A stretch of 64,000 bases of DNA, from positions 149,267 to 213,266 of the forward strand of contig JAFGWM010000040.1 in the NCBI GenBank assembly GCA_016937155.1. Reading direction: 5' to 3'. Positions within the stretch are counted from its first letter, which is position 1. The number at the start of each line of letters is the position of its first letter. A model generated the notes under the pieces. It saw only the letters and a program-made list of their open reading frames with translations. It did no database searches and was not told the origin of the DNA. The stretch comes from Deltaproteobacteria bacterium. Lineage in GTDB: Bacteria; Myxococcota_A; Polyangia; HGW-17. The position numbers and the translations under genes are program-made. Positions 48,843-59,051 of this stretch are shown in pieces.

Positions 48843-49320
48843 ACAAAGATCTTCAATTGAATCAGCAGTCTTAAAATGTGAAAAAGACAAGGGGTATATT
48901 TTATCCAGAGTTGGGGAAATCTTAAATGAGATAAATGAGTGCGCTGAAAAAGTATCTTTAATTAAATCTGAAATCACTAGTCTTGAAAGCAAATATGAGT
49001 GTATTTCGTTAAAACTGGTAAACAGTATTATAAAAAAGTCTTCAGAACTTCTACTCTATAAAAACAATATAAGAGTACTTAAAGATAAAATTACGGTTAA
49101 ATTTAAAGAGCTTGAAGAATATATTAAAAAACAGAATCATCTTGAATCTGAAAAAGCAAATCTTTTTGTGGAGATGGAAAGGGTATCTGAAAAGATAAAA
49201 CTTCTTGAGGAAAAACAGAGAAATCTAGGAATAATTGAACACAGGAAACTGGAAGAAAAACAACTCGATGAAGTGTCTGAAATGGTTATACAATTCAAAA
49301 ATAAAATCAGTCAAGATTAA
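48835..49320 (+). CDS. hypothetical coiled-coil protein
   Basis: 161 aa, heptad-rich (LEEYIKKQNHLESEKANLFVEMERVSEKIKLLEEKQRNL). Confidence 0.4.
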   Translation: MNKQRSSIESAVLKCEKDKGYILSRVGEILNEINECAEKVSLIKSEITSLESKYECISLKLVNSIIKKSSELLLYKNNIRVLKDKITVKFKELEEYIKKQNHLESEKANLFVEMERVSEKIKLLEEKQRNLGIIEHRKLEEKQLDEVSEMVIQFKNKISQD

Positions 49321-49636
49321 TAAGAATATCTTCAAAGTTCAGCGAGAGTTCTACCATTGAATCAAATATATTTGCCTGAGAGTGATTTTCATCAAGAAGA
49401 TCGTAAATAATTGCTCTTAATGCAAGATTCAGAGATCTCATTCTTTCAATTTTAGATATCCAGTTATTGTGAATCAAATCAAGGAATAAACGGTCAACTC
49501 CCTGTTTTACTGCCTCTATCTCCCATCGTTCTATTCTTGATGTGGGTCTTATTGTTTCTGTTATTGAATTGAGTTCTCTCAGAATGAAGAGTAACTGATT
49601 TCTGTTGTCTTCGCGTGTTTTAACCAGAGTAACCAT
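49307..49636 (-). CDS. hypothetical small protein
   Basis: 109-aa ORF downstream of and co-directional with 49714..50087. Confidence 0.4.
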   Translation of the reverse strand: MVTLVKTREDNRNQLLFILRELNSITETIRPTSRIERWEIEAVKQGVDRLFLDLIHNNWISKIERMRSLNLALRAIIYDLLDENHSQANIFDSMVELSLNFEDILINLD

Positions 49637-49713
49637 AACAAACCTCCAAATTAGTAATCCTGTGTGTTAACATCGGCAATTTTTATGCCATAATTAAAAT
49701 TTTTTTTAATTTT

Positions 49714-50087
49714 TTATGCTCGGATATTGTTTATTGCACTCTTTGCAGTATCATGTTTTGCTTTTGAAATATTTGATAGTGTAGTGAATTTTCTGTTTTC
49801 TATCTGCATTTCATTCTGAAGTTTTAAAAATTCCATATTAAAATCCTGTCCCTGTTTTTGCAGTTCACTCATTGATGATATACCAGAAGAAGAGGATGAA
49901 CTGTTCACAGTTGCACTGGCGATTGTCAAAATCGGATTACCAGTTAGTGCAGCAGCAGCATTTGTGGTAGTTAATGCTGCAGATTTCGCTTTGTCTACAT
50001 ACTTTTTAAACTGTTCCACTCTGTTTCTCTTGTAATTCAGGCTTTCTGTGGATTTAACAACTGAGTAAGAAGAATTGATTTTCATTT
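49714..50087 (-). CDS. hypothetical small helical protein with Ser-rich linker
   Basis: ORF 49714..50304 trimmed to internal ATG with AAGGA SD (MKINSSYSVV...); C-terminal helix ...LSNISKAKHDTAKSAINNIRA. Confidence 0.45.
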
Positions 50088-50197
50088 TTTTTCCTTTCGT
50101 TCTGGATGATATTTCCAGCGGTGTTGATATCTTTTTCGCCGTTGAATCCAAAATGTTGCAAAAAAAATGCAATTTGGTTAATTTCACATTGAAATGG

Positions 50198-50533
50198 ATG
50201 AGTAAAGACATGAATGAAACTAAAAAGCCGGAAAATAATCCAACCTGGTTTGAATACCTTCTGGTGTGGCTGATAATGGGCGGTATTTTATTTGCTGTAT
50301 ACAAAACCGTTTTAAAACCAAGTGGTTATACTCCGGGATATGTATATAGTCTTGTTACTGGTAAAGGAAAAAAAGCATCTGGAAGTATGAAATCAGATAG
50401 TAAAAACTCTCAGTCTATGAAGGCTGGTCCTGAAAAGAAATCAGACACTGAACAGTCAGTGAAAAAAAGACCCTCCGCAAAACCTCAGACCGGTACAATG
50501 AAAAGTATGGAACTCAGCGAGGATGATGATTAA
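50198..50533 (+). CDS. small single-pass membrane protein with basic low-complexity tail
   Basis: ORF 50075..50533 trimmed to MSKDMNETKK...; TM helix WFEYLLVWLIMGGILFAVY. Confidence 0.4.
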   Translation: MSKDMNETKKPENNPTWFEYLLVWLIMGGILFAVYKTVLKPSGYTPGYVYSLVTGKGKKASGSMKSDSKNSQSMKAGPEKKSDTEQSVKKRPSAKPQTGTMKSMELSEDDD

Positions 50534-51676
50534 TTATCTGAATTTTCTTTTGTGCAGTTTCATGTGTCCATGTTGAATTCCAGAAGTGGCAATAGCAAAA
50601 AGAGCGGAAAAATTGTTTGCAAGTCCTGCACTGGCAGCCATCATATTTGCGGTTTCTGAATTGTTTATGCGAAGCTTTGTTTTAAGGAGAGATACTTCAG
50701 GATGGTGAGAAGTCATACCGCCCACTGTGGCTACTGCCAATGGAAAGTCAGCTTCACCATGAAGAAAATCTCCTGAAACACTCCACCTGGAAAGCGGCTG
50801 ATAAATTCCATTTGATGCAGCCCGGAAATGCAATCCACTTTCTATTGCTCTGGTATCATTTCCCAGCGCCATGGCTACACCGGATATCCCATTTATAATT
50901 CCTTTGTTATGTGTTACTGCCCTCGAAGGATCAATTTTCGCCCATTCGTAAATCCGTAGGAAATTTTCAACACTTCCAGGAAAAATATTTTCGAGAATTT
51001 TTTTTGAATAATTAACACTGACAGAGGTTGTTCTTTGAGGAAATGAATTTGTTACAATAGCACCATGAACAGTTGTATCACAGTTTGCTGTCAGAATATT
51101 TCCAAGTTTTTCTCCGGCAGAATTAACAATATTTGCCCCCATTGCATCAACAGTAATGATGTCAAGTCGGATTTTCAGGTATTTTATGTCTGAAGAATTG
51201 GGGAGATCCATATAATGAATATCAGTTACTTTACCACCAGACTGAACCAGATCTGTATTTTCACAAATCAGATTTTCCTTTAAAAACTCAACACTGGATT
51301 TTATGTACTCCTTTACAATGGTAATATTTTCTGACACCAAGAGTTCACAACTGGTGACAGAAGCTTCAGGTTTGACCTTAAAACCTCCTGTATCCCGGCA
51401 CAGCTTTGCTGCATTTGATGCGGCGGCAACGATGCTGGGCTCTTCTGTAACCATTGGAAGGATGTATTCCTCATCATTTATCAGAAAGTTAGGAACAACA
51501 CTTAAAGGGAGGGCAAAGATACCAATTACATTTTCAGTTATTGTGTCTGCTTTTGAGTTTGAAAGACCTCCAGTATTGAGGATACCGAGTTCTTCAGGAT
51601 CAAGATCCCCAAGTGACAACAACCGTCGTTCCTCAATGGATTTATTGTGAAGACCTTTTATTCTGCTGCTTTTCAT
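50534..51676 (-). CDS. mvaA: class II HMG-CoA reductase
   Basis: 380 aa; motifs EEPSIVAAASNAAK, DAMGANIVN, THNKGIINGI, GIQHGHMKLH parallel Pseudomonas mevalonii-type HMGR. Confidence 0.85.
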   Translation of the reverse strand: MKSSRIKGLHNKSIEERRLLSLGDLDPEELGILNTGGLSNSKADTITENVIGIFALPLSVVPNFLINDEEYILPMVTEEPSIVAAASNAAKLCRDTGGFKVKPEASVTSCELLVSENITIVKEYIKSSVEFLKENLICENTDLVQSGGKVTDIHYMDLPNSSDIKYLKIRLDIITVDAMGANIVNSAGEKLGNILTANCDTTVHGAIVTNSFPQRTTSVSVNYSKKILENIFPGSVENFLRIYEWAKIDPSRAVTHNKGIINGISGVAMALGNDTRAIESGLHFRAASNGIYQPLSRWSVSGDFLHGEADFPLAVATVGGMTSHHPEVSLLKTKLRINNSETANMMAASAGLANNFSALFAIATSGIQHGHMKLHKRKFR

Positions 51677-51703
51677 TACTTTTCTCTTTATGTGAAGTTT
51701 ATA

Positions 51704-53164
51704 TTATTGAATTTTATAATTAGGGGCTTCTTTTGTAATAATTACATCATGTACATGACTTTCTCTCAGGCCGCTTGAACTGATTCTTAAAAATCTGACA
51801 TTTTCTTTCAGTTCCGCCAGATTTGAGCTTCCGGTATAACCCATTCCGGACCTCAGACCACCGGCCAACTGAGCGAGAGTTGCATGCACGGGGCCTTTTG
51901 ATGGAACTCTACCTTCAATTCCTTCGGGAACAAGTTTGCCAGGATTTGTTTCACTTTGAAAATACCTGTCAGCACTGCCCTGTTTCATTGCACCCAGACT
52001 TCCCATGCCTCTGTACTGTTTATATGATCTTCCCTGATAGAGGATAATTTCTCCGGGAGTTTCATCAGTACCCGCCAGAAGTGAGCCCATCATAACAGTA
52101 TCAGCACCCGCTGCAAGAGCCTTAACTATATCTCCACTGAACTTGATTCCTCCATCTGCAATTAAAGGAATATTAAATTTGGATGTTTCTTCGTAAACAT
52201 CCATTATTGCGGTCAACTGAGGTACACCAATTCCGCTTACAATGCGGGTAGTACATATGCTCCCCGGTCCGATTCCCACCTTAACTGCATCAGCACCAGC
52301 TTCTATGAGGAAAGCAGCCCCCTGGGCGGTGGCAATATTTCCAGCAATTATATCTATCTCTGGATAATTGGCTTTTATCCATTTCACCATATCACCAACA
52401 CTTTTAGTGTGCCCATGAGCGGTATCTACACAGATTACATCGACCTGTTCCTGAGCCAGAAGTCTTACTCTAATTTTATCCTTTTCTCCTGCTCCAACAG
52501 CCGCTCCAACAATCAGTCTTCCCATTGAATCCTTTGCACTGTGGGAAAATTTTTCACAACTGAGAATATCTTTCAGAGTCAGTAATCCACCGAGAGTACC
52601 ATCGGTATTTAGAAGAATAAGTTTTTCAATTCGATGACGATGCATTATATCCAGAGCATCAGTTGTATTGATATCCAGTGGTGCAGTGATGAGATCACTT
52701 GTCATTACATCTCTGATGTATACTGACAGATTCTTTTCGAATCTTACATCTCTGGCAGTTACTATACCAATTGGTCTTGAATTAGAGTCAACAACAGGTA
52801 ATCCGCTTATGGAGTTTTCACCCATAAGTCCAACTGCTACTCTGAGTTGATCCCCTGGAGATATTACGACGGGATTTGAAATGATCGAACTCTCGCTTCT
52901 TTTTACTTTTTTTACCAGTAATGCCTGATTTTCAGGAGTGAGATTCTTATGAATAATGCCACATCCACCTTCTCTGGCCATGGAAAGAGCCATTTCAGAT
53001 TCGGTGACCGTATCCATTGCGGCACTTAAAAACGGAATTTTCAGTTTTATATTTTTTGTCAGATTAGTTTCTATTACAGTTTCTGATGGAAGAACACAGG
53101 AATATCCTGGTGAAATAAGAACATCATCAAAAGTTAAAGCTTCTATGAAATCAATATGTTTCAT
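51704..53164 (-). CDS. guaB: inosine-5'-monophosphate dehydrogenase
   Basis: catalytic loop [13 protein letters not shown] pair, GGIKFSGD; ORF extends to 53203 but the conserved start is [16 protein letters not shown] (about 53164). Confidence 0.9.
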   Translation of the reverse strand: MKHIDFIEALTFDDVLISPGYSCVLPSETVIETNLTKNIKLKIPFLSAAMDTVTESEMALSMAREGGCGIIHKNLTPENQALLVKKVKRSESSIISNPVVISPGDQLRVAVGLMGENSISGLPVVDSNSRPIGIVTARDVRFEKNLSVYIRDVMTSDLITAPLDINTTDALDIMHRHRIEKLILLNTDGTLGGLLTLKDILSCEKFSHSAKDSMGRLIVGAAVGAGEKDKIRVRLLAQEQVDVICVDTAHGHTKSVGDMVKWIKANYPEIDIIAGNIATAQGAAFLIEAGADAVKVGIGPGSICTTRIVSGIGVPQLTAIMDVYEETSKFNIPLIADGGIKFSGDIVKALAAGADTVMMGSLLAGTDETPGEIILYQGRSYKQYRGMGSLGAMKQGSADRYFQSETNPGKLVPEGIEGRVPSKGPVHATLAQLAGGLRSGMGYTGSSNLAELKENVRFLRISSSGLRESHVHDVIITKEAPNYKIQ

Positions 53165-53928
53165 ATCCCTGATTTTCCTTTCATAGTTATCGCAATGTTG
53201 CAAAGTTCATCATGTTTTTTATACCATCGTCTGGTTTTATAACTCATTAATGATAGGATATCTTTATATGTTTTTCCCAAAGACCACATTCCTGTCCGGG
53301 ATTTTCGTGCCTGAAACTCACTTTTGCAGTAAAGAGAACGATTGTGACTTGGGTATTTTGTAAAAGAAAATGCATTTCCACTTTCAACAAGAATATTATT
53401 AATGTTGGTCTTATTGATGAAAACCGTTATGAGAGAGCGGCCATAATTTCCGGTAATGCAGTTTTTGTCTTTATCTGAGTCACATTCTATGGATACTTTT
53501 TTCCCCTCCATAAGATCTTTAGCTTTCAGATAGGCTTTAAAACCCCATGCTTCATCATCGCTTCGGCATTTGGAACTACGTCTTCCATCGATTGTAACTG
53601 CTTTTTTCTTATGACATTCAGGACTATTGATTCCGTCAAGGCGGCATTTCATGATTTTGCCACCGTCAGTTAAAATGTGTATAGTGTCAGCATCAACTAC
53701 ATGTACAACCCGGCCGCTTATTCTGATTTTCCCAAAAGAAACACTTTTCTTTTTATGATTTTTTCGCTTAAGTTTTTTCCTTTTTTTATGGCTTTTTTTA
53801 ATTCTTTTTTTTGCAAATTTATTTTTCTTCTTAATGTGGTTTGTATCAGGGGAATCTTTTTCATTGTGACAACCACTTGCAAACTGAGACAGGAAAAGGA
53901 AAGATAAAAACAGAAAAAAATATTTCAT
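53161..53928 (-). CDS. secreted thermonuclease (staphylococcal nuclease-like) lipoprotein with polybasic linker
   Basis: ORF 53161..54048; likely start MKYFFLFLSFLFLSQFASGC; SNase motifs VVHVVDADTIHIL...CRLDGINSPE...GNYGRSLITVF; linker KKKNKFAKKRIKKSHKKRKKLKRKNHKKK. Confidence 0.7.
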   Translation of the reverse strand: MKYFFLFLSFLFLSQFASGCHNEKDSPDTNHIKKKNKFAKKRIKKSHKKRKKLKRKNHKKKSVSFGKIRISGRVVHVVDADTIHILTDGGKIMKCRLDGINSPECHKKKAVTIDGRRSSKCRSDDEAWGFKAYLKAKDLMEGKKVSIECDSDKDKNCITGNYGRSLITVFINKTNINNILVESGNAFSFTKYPSHNRSLYCKSEFQARKSRTGMWSLGKTYKDILSLMSYKTRRWYKKHDELCNIAITMKGKSGI

Positions 53929-54126
53929 TTTATTCTCCAGTCGACAAAATGGTTTTGCGATTAATACCATGTTATATGTCCACATAGAAACATTTTTGTT
54001 AAAACAGTATCTGCGATTTGGTTTAAATAGAGGTTTAGTGATAAACACTCAGAAACATCCGTATTTTTTATAGGTTATCTGATTAAATAAATATAAAAAA
54101 TCCGGTGTCTAAAAGGAGAACTAAAA

Positions 54127-55095
54127 GTGTATTTAAAAAAACAGTCACCTGGTGGGGTAAGTTTAATTTATATCATAATATCAGTTGTTTTTTTCTGGGG
54201 ATGTTCTGGAAAAAGTAAATCTGAAATTGAAAAAAAAGTATCTGAATCCAAAAACAGATCTGAGAAAAAAGAAAACTCCAAAAAATCCGAAAATCTGTAC
54301 ACTGAGGTACCTCAATCAAATAAAAAATCTGAACTTTCAGGCAGCGGGACTTTTTATGGAAAAATTAATCTGGAAAATATATTAAAAGTGAGTTCATTCA
54401 GAAAAAAAACAGGGGAGCTCCTTTCAAAAGGTGGAGGAGGATTGAATAAACTGTTTATGGAGTGTGGTATAAATCCAACAAAAAATCTGAAGGAACTGGA
54501 AGTATTTTCAAAAACTGAAAAAACAGAAATGAAAAAAGGACTTGTTGCAATTAGTGGAGATTTTGAAAAAACTAAAGCATCAGAGTGTCTTAAAGAAAAA
54601 TTATCCGTTCTATCCACCGGAATTTTTAATTCAGGAACAAAAATCAAAGTTTTCGGAAACAAGATTATTATTAATAATGGAAAAGAAAAACTTTCATCAG
54701 CAATTTCATCATTGGAAAAAACAGGATTCAAAAATGAAACCGACGATCAACTGTTCTTTTTGATAATTAATCCTAGATTTAACCTTCCGGCAAACCCGGA
54801 GTATATGATTATATCAGGCTTATTGAAGGAATTTGATCTTCGAATTAATGTAATGCTTTACTTTAAAAATAAAAGAGAATCAGCCCTTATCGAATTGCTG
54901 GTTAAAAAAATAATTACAACCGCCTCTTCAGGGAGTAATTCTGTTCTTAAGGAGGTAAGCTCCCTTGTTAAAGTGACATCCAGTGATAAGTTAGTGAAAA
55001 CTGTAATTCCGATGACCTGGATTCAGGTGTTAAAGTTGATGAAAATGTTTCGTTTGAATGTGGTAAATGGAAGAGTCCTGAGTGTACCTCACTGA
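54127..55095 (+). CDS. hypothetical Lys-rich lipoprotein
   Basis: lipobox FFWGCSGK; 322 aa; no recognisable domain. Confidence 0.45.
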   Translation: MYLKKQSPGGVSLIYIIISVVFFWGCSGKSKSEIEKKVSESKNRSEKKENSKKSENLYTEVPQSNKKSELSGSGTFYGKINLENILKVSSFRKKTGELLSKGGGGLNKLFMECGINPTKNLKELEVFSKTEKTEMKKGLVAISGDFEKTKASECLKEKLSVLSTGIFNSGTKIKVFGNKIIINNGKEKLSSAISSLEKTGFKNETDDQLFFLIINPRFNLPANPEYMIISGLLKEFDLRINVMLYFKNKRESALIELLVKKIITTASSGSNSVLKEVSSLVKVTSSDKLVKTVIPMTWIQVLKLMKMFRLNVVNGRVLSVPH

Positions 55096-55179
55096 TTTTA
55101 TACTTGACTATATTCGGGATCTCCAATATGTAGAAACTGCTTAACTGTTTTAAATTATTTCATGATTAACATTTAAAAT

Positions 55180-55548
55180 TTGATTGCAAGGAAGTTCGTA
55201 ATGACACAGAAAAAACAGAAAAGACGTTCAATTTCCGTTAGAGGAGATATTTATGACAGAGTTCACGCTTATTGTCAGGACAAAGATGTAAGTATGAGTT
55301 CCTTTGTGGAAGACAGAATTCTCAATTATCTTGATGGTACTGAGGTTATTCCCCAGAGAACTGAAAAAAATATGGATACAAAACCAACTGTGGATATTAT
55401 AGAAGATTCCCAACCGCCCAAAATCGAAGTTGAAGATGTGCTTCCTCAGCCTTCTCCAACACCACCACCTCCGGTGAGAAAAGAAAATTTCAGTAACATG
55501 GATGATAGTCAGATCAGGGATGAGATAAGGCAGCATTTCACTTTCTGA
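55180..55548 (+). CDS. hypothetical protein, possible ribbon-helix-helix DNA-binding N-terminus
   Basis: N-terminal RRSISVRGDIYDRVHAYCQDKDVSMSSFVEDRI resembles an RHH (CopG/Arc-like) strand-helix-helix; Pro-rich tail. Confidence 0.35.
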   Translation: MIARKFVMTQKKQKRRSISVRGDIYDRVHAYCQDKDVSMSSFVEDRILNYLDGTEVIPQRTEKNMDTKPTVDIIEDSQPPKIEVEDVLPQPSPTPPPPVRKENFSNMDDSQIRDEIRQHFTF

Positions 55549-55561
55549 GAGGGTTTGTAAA

Positions 55562-56632
55562 TTGAAAAAGAAATATTCCAGATTAGCCATATGGGTGTTG
55601 ATGGTGGCGGTGTTTTATTCGGGATGTAAACAAAAGGATCCTGCAGAACTGGATATGAAGGAATGGGTCGACAGGAATGACAGCTGTGCTGTTCAGGCAA
55701 TAAAGGATATCCATGAACGTCTTCGTAAGAAAATCGCAGATGCTGAGGAGTTGACTAAACAGCTTCAGGCCGAGTTACTGAAGGGAAATTGTCCGTTAGC
55801 TAAAAATCCTGAGTGTATTCCGGAAGTTGGTGTTCAGGCTATGGCTACATATATCAGTTATGCCGCCAACAGGATAATTAAAAAAACTTCAAACGATTCC
55901 ATAGTTGATAATGCTGATAATGAATCTATTGCTGATGCCCTAGCCGGTCTCAAGAAAAAAGGGGGAGGAAGGGAGTTAAAAACTTCAGGAAAAATTCCTG
56001 AGAAGAAAGAATCTCCTAAAGTGGAAGTTCGTACGGAAGCTATTCAGAATGAGCTTTCTCCTGAAGTTCTTGAAAAAAAGAGTATGTGCGCAATGAAGGT
56101 TTCCGAAAAATGCAGTTTTGAAACCCTTGATAAAATCGTTGCTAAACTCATTGTGTTTGCTGATCAGGTACGTAATTTTGAAAAGGAAATAAAAAGTATT
56201 CTTTCCACAACCTCGTCACATATATCCCAGGATAGTGTTTTGGGTATGTATAAAATACTTAAAACAATTGAAAGTAATGTTTCAGATCTGGTTTTAAGGG
56301 AAGAAGCCAGCAGAAAGAACCCTAAAATGTACGGACAGCGGTATAACGCCATTAATCCTCTTAAAATTAAAGGAATAATGGTGAATATGACCGGGGCTAT
56401 TCCATCTACAATCACGTCTATACTTAAAAAATATTCTCCAGCCTTAAAGAAATCAAAGGAAATGTATATCGCTAACCGTGACGGCTTTAAAAGTCGTCTC
56501 AGAGCTCAGAGTAAGAATTTTTTCAGGGATAAACGTATGCATGCGAATAACTGTCTTGAAAAAAAAGGCTGCTGGAATTTTCGAACATGCATAAAACGAT
56601 TTTCTCTTCCAGGAATTTTGATGTTTAAATAG
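55562..56632 (+). CDS. hypothetical lipoprotein
   Basis: TTG/ATG start region; lipobox VFYSGCKQ; 356 aa. Confidence 0.45.
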   Translation: MKKKYSRLAIWVLMVAVFYSGCKQKDPAELDMKEWVDRNDSCAVQAIKDIHERLRKKIADAEELTKQLQAELLKGNCPLAKNPECIPEVGVQAMATYISYAANRIIKKTSNDSIVDNADNESIADALAGLKKKGGGRELKTSGKIPEKKESPKVEVRTEAIQNELSPEVLEKKSMCAMKVSEKCSFETLDKIVAKLIVFADQVRNFEKEIKSILSTTSSHISQDSVLGMYKILKTIESNVSDLVLREEASRKNPKMYGQRYNAINPLKIKGIMVNMTGAIPSTITSILKKYSPALKKSKEMYIANRDGFKSRLRAQSKNFFRDKRMHANNCLEKKGCWNFRTCIKRFSLPGILMFK

Positions 56633-56656
56633 TCAATGGAATAAGTGTGATAAATT

Positions 56657-57394
56657 TTGAATATTGTTGAATCAAACATAAATCGCAAGTTTGTAGGTGA
56701 GTTCACCAAGGGGATGGAAGTTCAGAAGGCTGTTTCAAGAATTCTTCTGGATAAAGGAATACGTACCGGACTAATCAGAATTTTCGGTCATATAGAAAAT
56801 GTTGTACTACTTTCTGATAAGGATGGTGGTATTCTCAATGAAAAAAGAGTACTTAACCGCGCCGGCCAGCTTTTGAGATGTGAAGGTATAATATCAGAGA
56901 TGGATGGGAAATTTGATCCTGTTCTTTATACAACCATCGGGATAGAAACAGAGGGTGGTATGATGGTTCTTGGAGGAGTTCTTCAGGAAGCCAGAGTACT
57001 TCAGTGTGAGTTTGTACTGGAATCCTTTGATGATATTTTCATAAGAAAAACCATGAACCAGACGGGGCTCCCTTCCTGGACAGATGTATTTACTCCTGGT
57101 GAATCAGGAGAGCTTACAGTTGATGAAAGTATTGTTTCCACAACCAGTGTGGAAGTGGAGGAAACTGAAGAGGATGAGGATGATTCAACAGTACCTTCAC
57201 CGGGTGACATTCTGAATCACTTTAAGTTTGGAAAATGTCTTGTTCAAAAGGTGGACGTGACAACTGATATCATTCAGGTTAAATTACCAAGTGACAGATC
57301 CGCCAGACTGGGTATGCAGTATCTGACCTTTTTGCTGATTGATGAGTCGGAAGATGGAATCAGAGTATTTGATGTGAAGGGGAAGAAAAGTTAA
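56657..57394 (+). CDS. hypothetical protein (possible PPC/DUF296-like N-terminal domain) with acidic linker
   Basis: 245 aa; N-terminal beta-rich region with GG motifs; acidic stretch VEETEEDEDD. Confidence 0.3.
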   Translation: MNIVESNINRKFVGEFTKGMEVQKAVSRILLDKGIRTGLIRIFGHIENVVLLSDKDGGILNEKRVLNRAGQLLRCEGIISEMDGKFDPVLYTTIGIETEGGMMVLGGVLQEARVLQCEFVLESFDDIFIRKTMNQTGLPSWTDVFTPGESGELTVDESIVSTTSVEVEETEEDEDDSTVPSPGDILNHFKFGKCLVQKVDVTTDIIQVKLPSDRSARLGMQYLTFLLIDESEDGIRVFDVKGKKS

Positions 57395-57426
57395 ATATCC
57401 AGAATTCTTGTTTCAGAGGTTTTATT

Positions 57427-58080
57427 GTGTTTTCAAATGAAGAGAATTTGGAATTAATTGAAAAATATCGTCTGATGGTTTTTAAACTGGCAACCGATAT
57501 AAAGAGCAAATCAACAATACCTCTTGAACTTGAAGATCTTATTTCATATGGAATAACGGGGCTTTTAGAAAGTAAAAGCAGATTTGATCCTCTAAAAGGA
57601 TCTAAATTTTCCACTTTTGCATGGTACAGAATTAGAGGGGCAATTTATGATGGAATAAGGGAACACGGGAATTTTGGTCGAAGTGGTCTTAGGGCAATGG
57701 AGCGGTTTAATGAGTATATGTCCATAAAATCAGAAGAGAAAAATATTGATATTTCTCTGGAAGGCAGCATGTCTGGACTTGCTCAGGGTATCGAAGCAAT
57801 TCTAGTAATGAAAAGTCTGGATGATTCAATTAACATAGCATCAGATGATGCAGTGGAAGAAAATGTTGAGCGAAACCAGTTGATAGATATGGTTAGAGCC
57901 AATGTTGACAGCCTTCCTGAGCCTGAAAAAAATGTTTTAAAGGAATACTACTTTGCTGACAAGACTCTTACGGAAATTGGGAATGAAAGGAATAGGTCGA
58001 AGAGCTGGGCCACAAGGATGCATGCAAGAGCAATAGATAAAATTAGAAAGAAAATGGCTAAACAACTTCCAGCATTTTAA
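57427..58080 (+). CDS. sigma-70 family RNA polymerase sigma factor (FliA/sigma-28-like)
   Basis: region 2 motif FSTFAWYRIRGAIYDGIRE; region 4 HTH LKEYYFADKTLTEIGNERNRSKSWATRMHARAIDKIRK. Confidence 0.75.
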   Translation: MFSNEENLELIEKYRLMVFKLATDIKSKSTIPLELEDLISYGITGLLESKSRFDPLKGSKFSTFAWYRIRGAIYDGIREHGNFGRSGLRAMERFNEYMSIKSEEKNIDISLEGSMSGLAQGIEAILVMKSLDDSINIASDDAVEENVERNQLIDMVRANVDSLPEPEKNVLKEYYFADKTLTEIGNERNRSKSWATRMHARAIDKIRKKMAKQLPAF

Positions 58081-58993
58081 GAATAGCTTTTTTAGCTTTC
58101 ACTGCAGTTTTTTCATCCACTGTTATTACGTGCTGATTGAATTTTAGAGCATCGTGAACATGGCTGAGTCTGGTTTTTTTCATGTTTGAACACACAGTAT
58201 CCGGACTTGCACTGATGTAGATGATATCAGGTCTTTCTTTACGGAGCCTGTTAATCATTCCGGATTCAGTTCCAACTATAATTTGAGATCCCTCAGGCAA
58301 ATTTCTGACATATTTTACCATTCCACCTGTACTTTCAACAACATCAGCAAGTTTTAGAACATCAAGAGGAGCTTCAGGATGGATCATAACCTGAGCATTG
58401 GGAAACTGTTTCTTCTTCTCCAGAATTTCCCATGGTTCAAGTCGGTGATGAACAGGACAGTAACCAGGCCACAGAATATCATGTCCCGATCTTTTTCTGG
58501 TGACCCATGCACCAAGATTCATATCAGGAGTAAAAATTATTTTCTGACCTTCGGGAAGAGAATCCGTGATTTTTTGTGCATTGGCACTGGTACAGCAGTA
58601 ATCACTGAACGCCTTGGTTGCAGCACTACTGTTGATGTAAGTGACAACAACAGCATCAGGGTGCTTTATTCGTGCTTCAATCAACTGTTCAGGGGTAATC
58701 ATATCCGCCATTGGACATCCTGCATCAGCCACAGGCAGTAGCACTGTTTTTTCCGGGGATAAAATAGATGCGGTTTCTGCCATAAAATGAACTCCGCAGA
58801 AAACTATTATTTCAGCATCAGTTTCAGCTGCTTTTCGAGAAAGCTCGAGTGAATCTCCCAGAAAATCCGCAATCGACTGAACTTCATCAAGTTGGTAGTT
58901 ATGAACAAGAATAACAGCATTTTTTTCTTCTGCCATTGAACGGATTTCAGTGGTCAGTTGTTTTCTGGAAAGTGGAATATTTGAAGTATTCAT
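58058..58993 (-). CDS. nadA: quinolinate synthase
   Basis: 311 aa; NadA motifs ILVHNYQ, FCGVHFMAET, three conserved Cys contexts. Confidence 0.9.
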   Translation of the reverse strand: MNTSNIPLSRKQLTTEIRSMAEEKNAVILVHNYQLDEVQSIADFLGDSLELSRKAAETDAEIIVFCGVHFMAETASILSPEKTVLLPVADAGCPMADMITPEQLIEARIKHPDAVVVTYINSSAATKAFSDYCCTSANAQKITDSLPEGQKIIFTPDMNLGAWVTRKRSGHDILWPGYCPVHHRLEPWEILEKKKQFPNAQVMIHPEAPLDVLKLADVVESTGGMVKYVRNLPEGSQIIVGTESGMINRLRKERPDIIYISASPDTVCSNMKKTRLSHVHDALKFNQHVITVDEKTAVKAKKAILKMLEVV

Positions 58994-59051
58994 TTAAATC
59001 TCCTGAAGGATGAACTTAAATGATTCTGAAAGTTTTGCAAGAGGGAGAAAA

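Noticed and set aside
49714-50087. Type III secretion needle locus
   Set aside because: Only a weak C-terminal helix resemblance; no ATPase, export-apparatus or secretin genes of a type III system adjacent (the secretin in the window belongs to the gsp operon). Kept as a low-confidence finding about the single protein only
53730-53830. Polybasic K/R/H stretch as a histone-like or DNA-binding protein gene
   Set aside because: It is a linker within a protein that has a lipoprotein signal and a clear SNase nuclease domain
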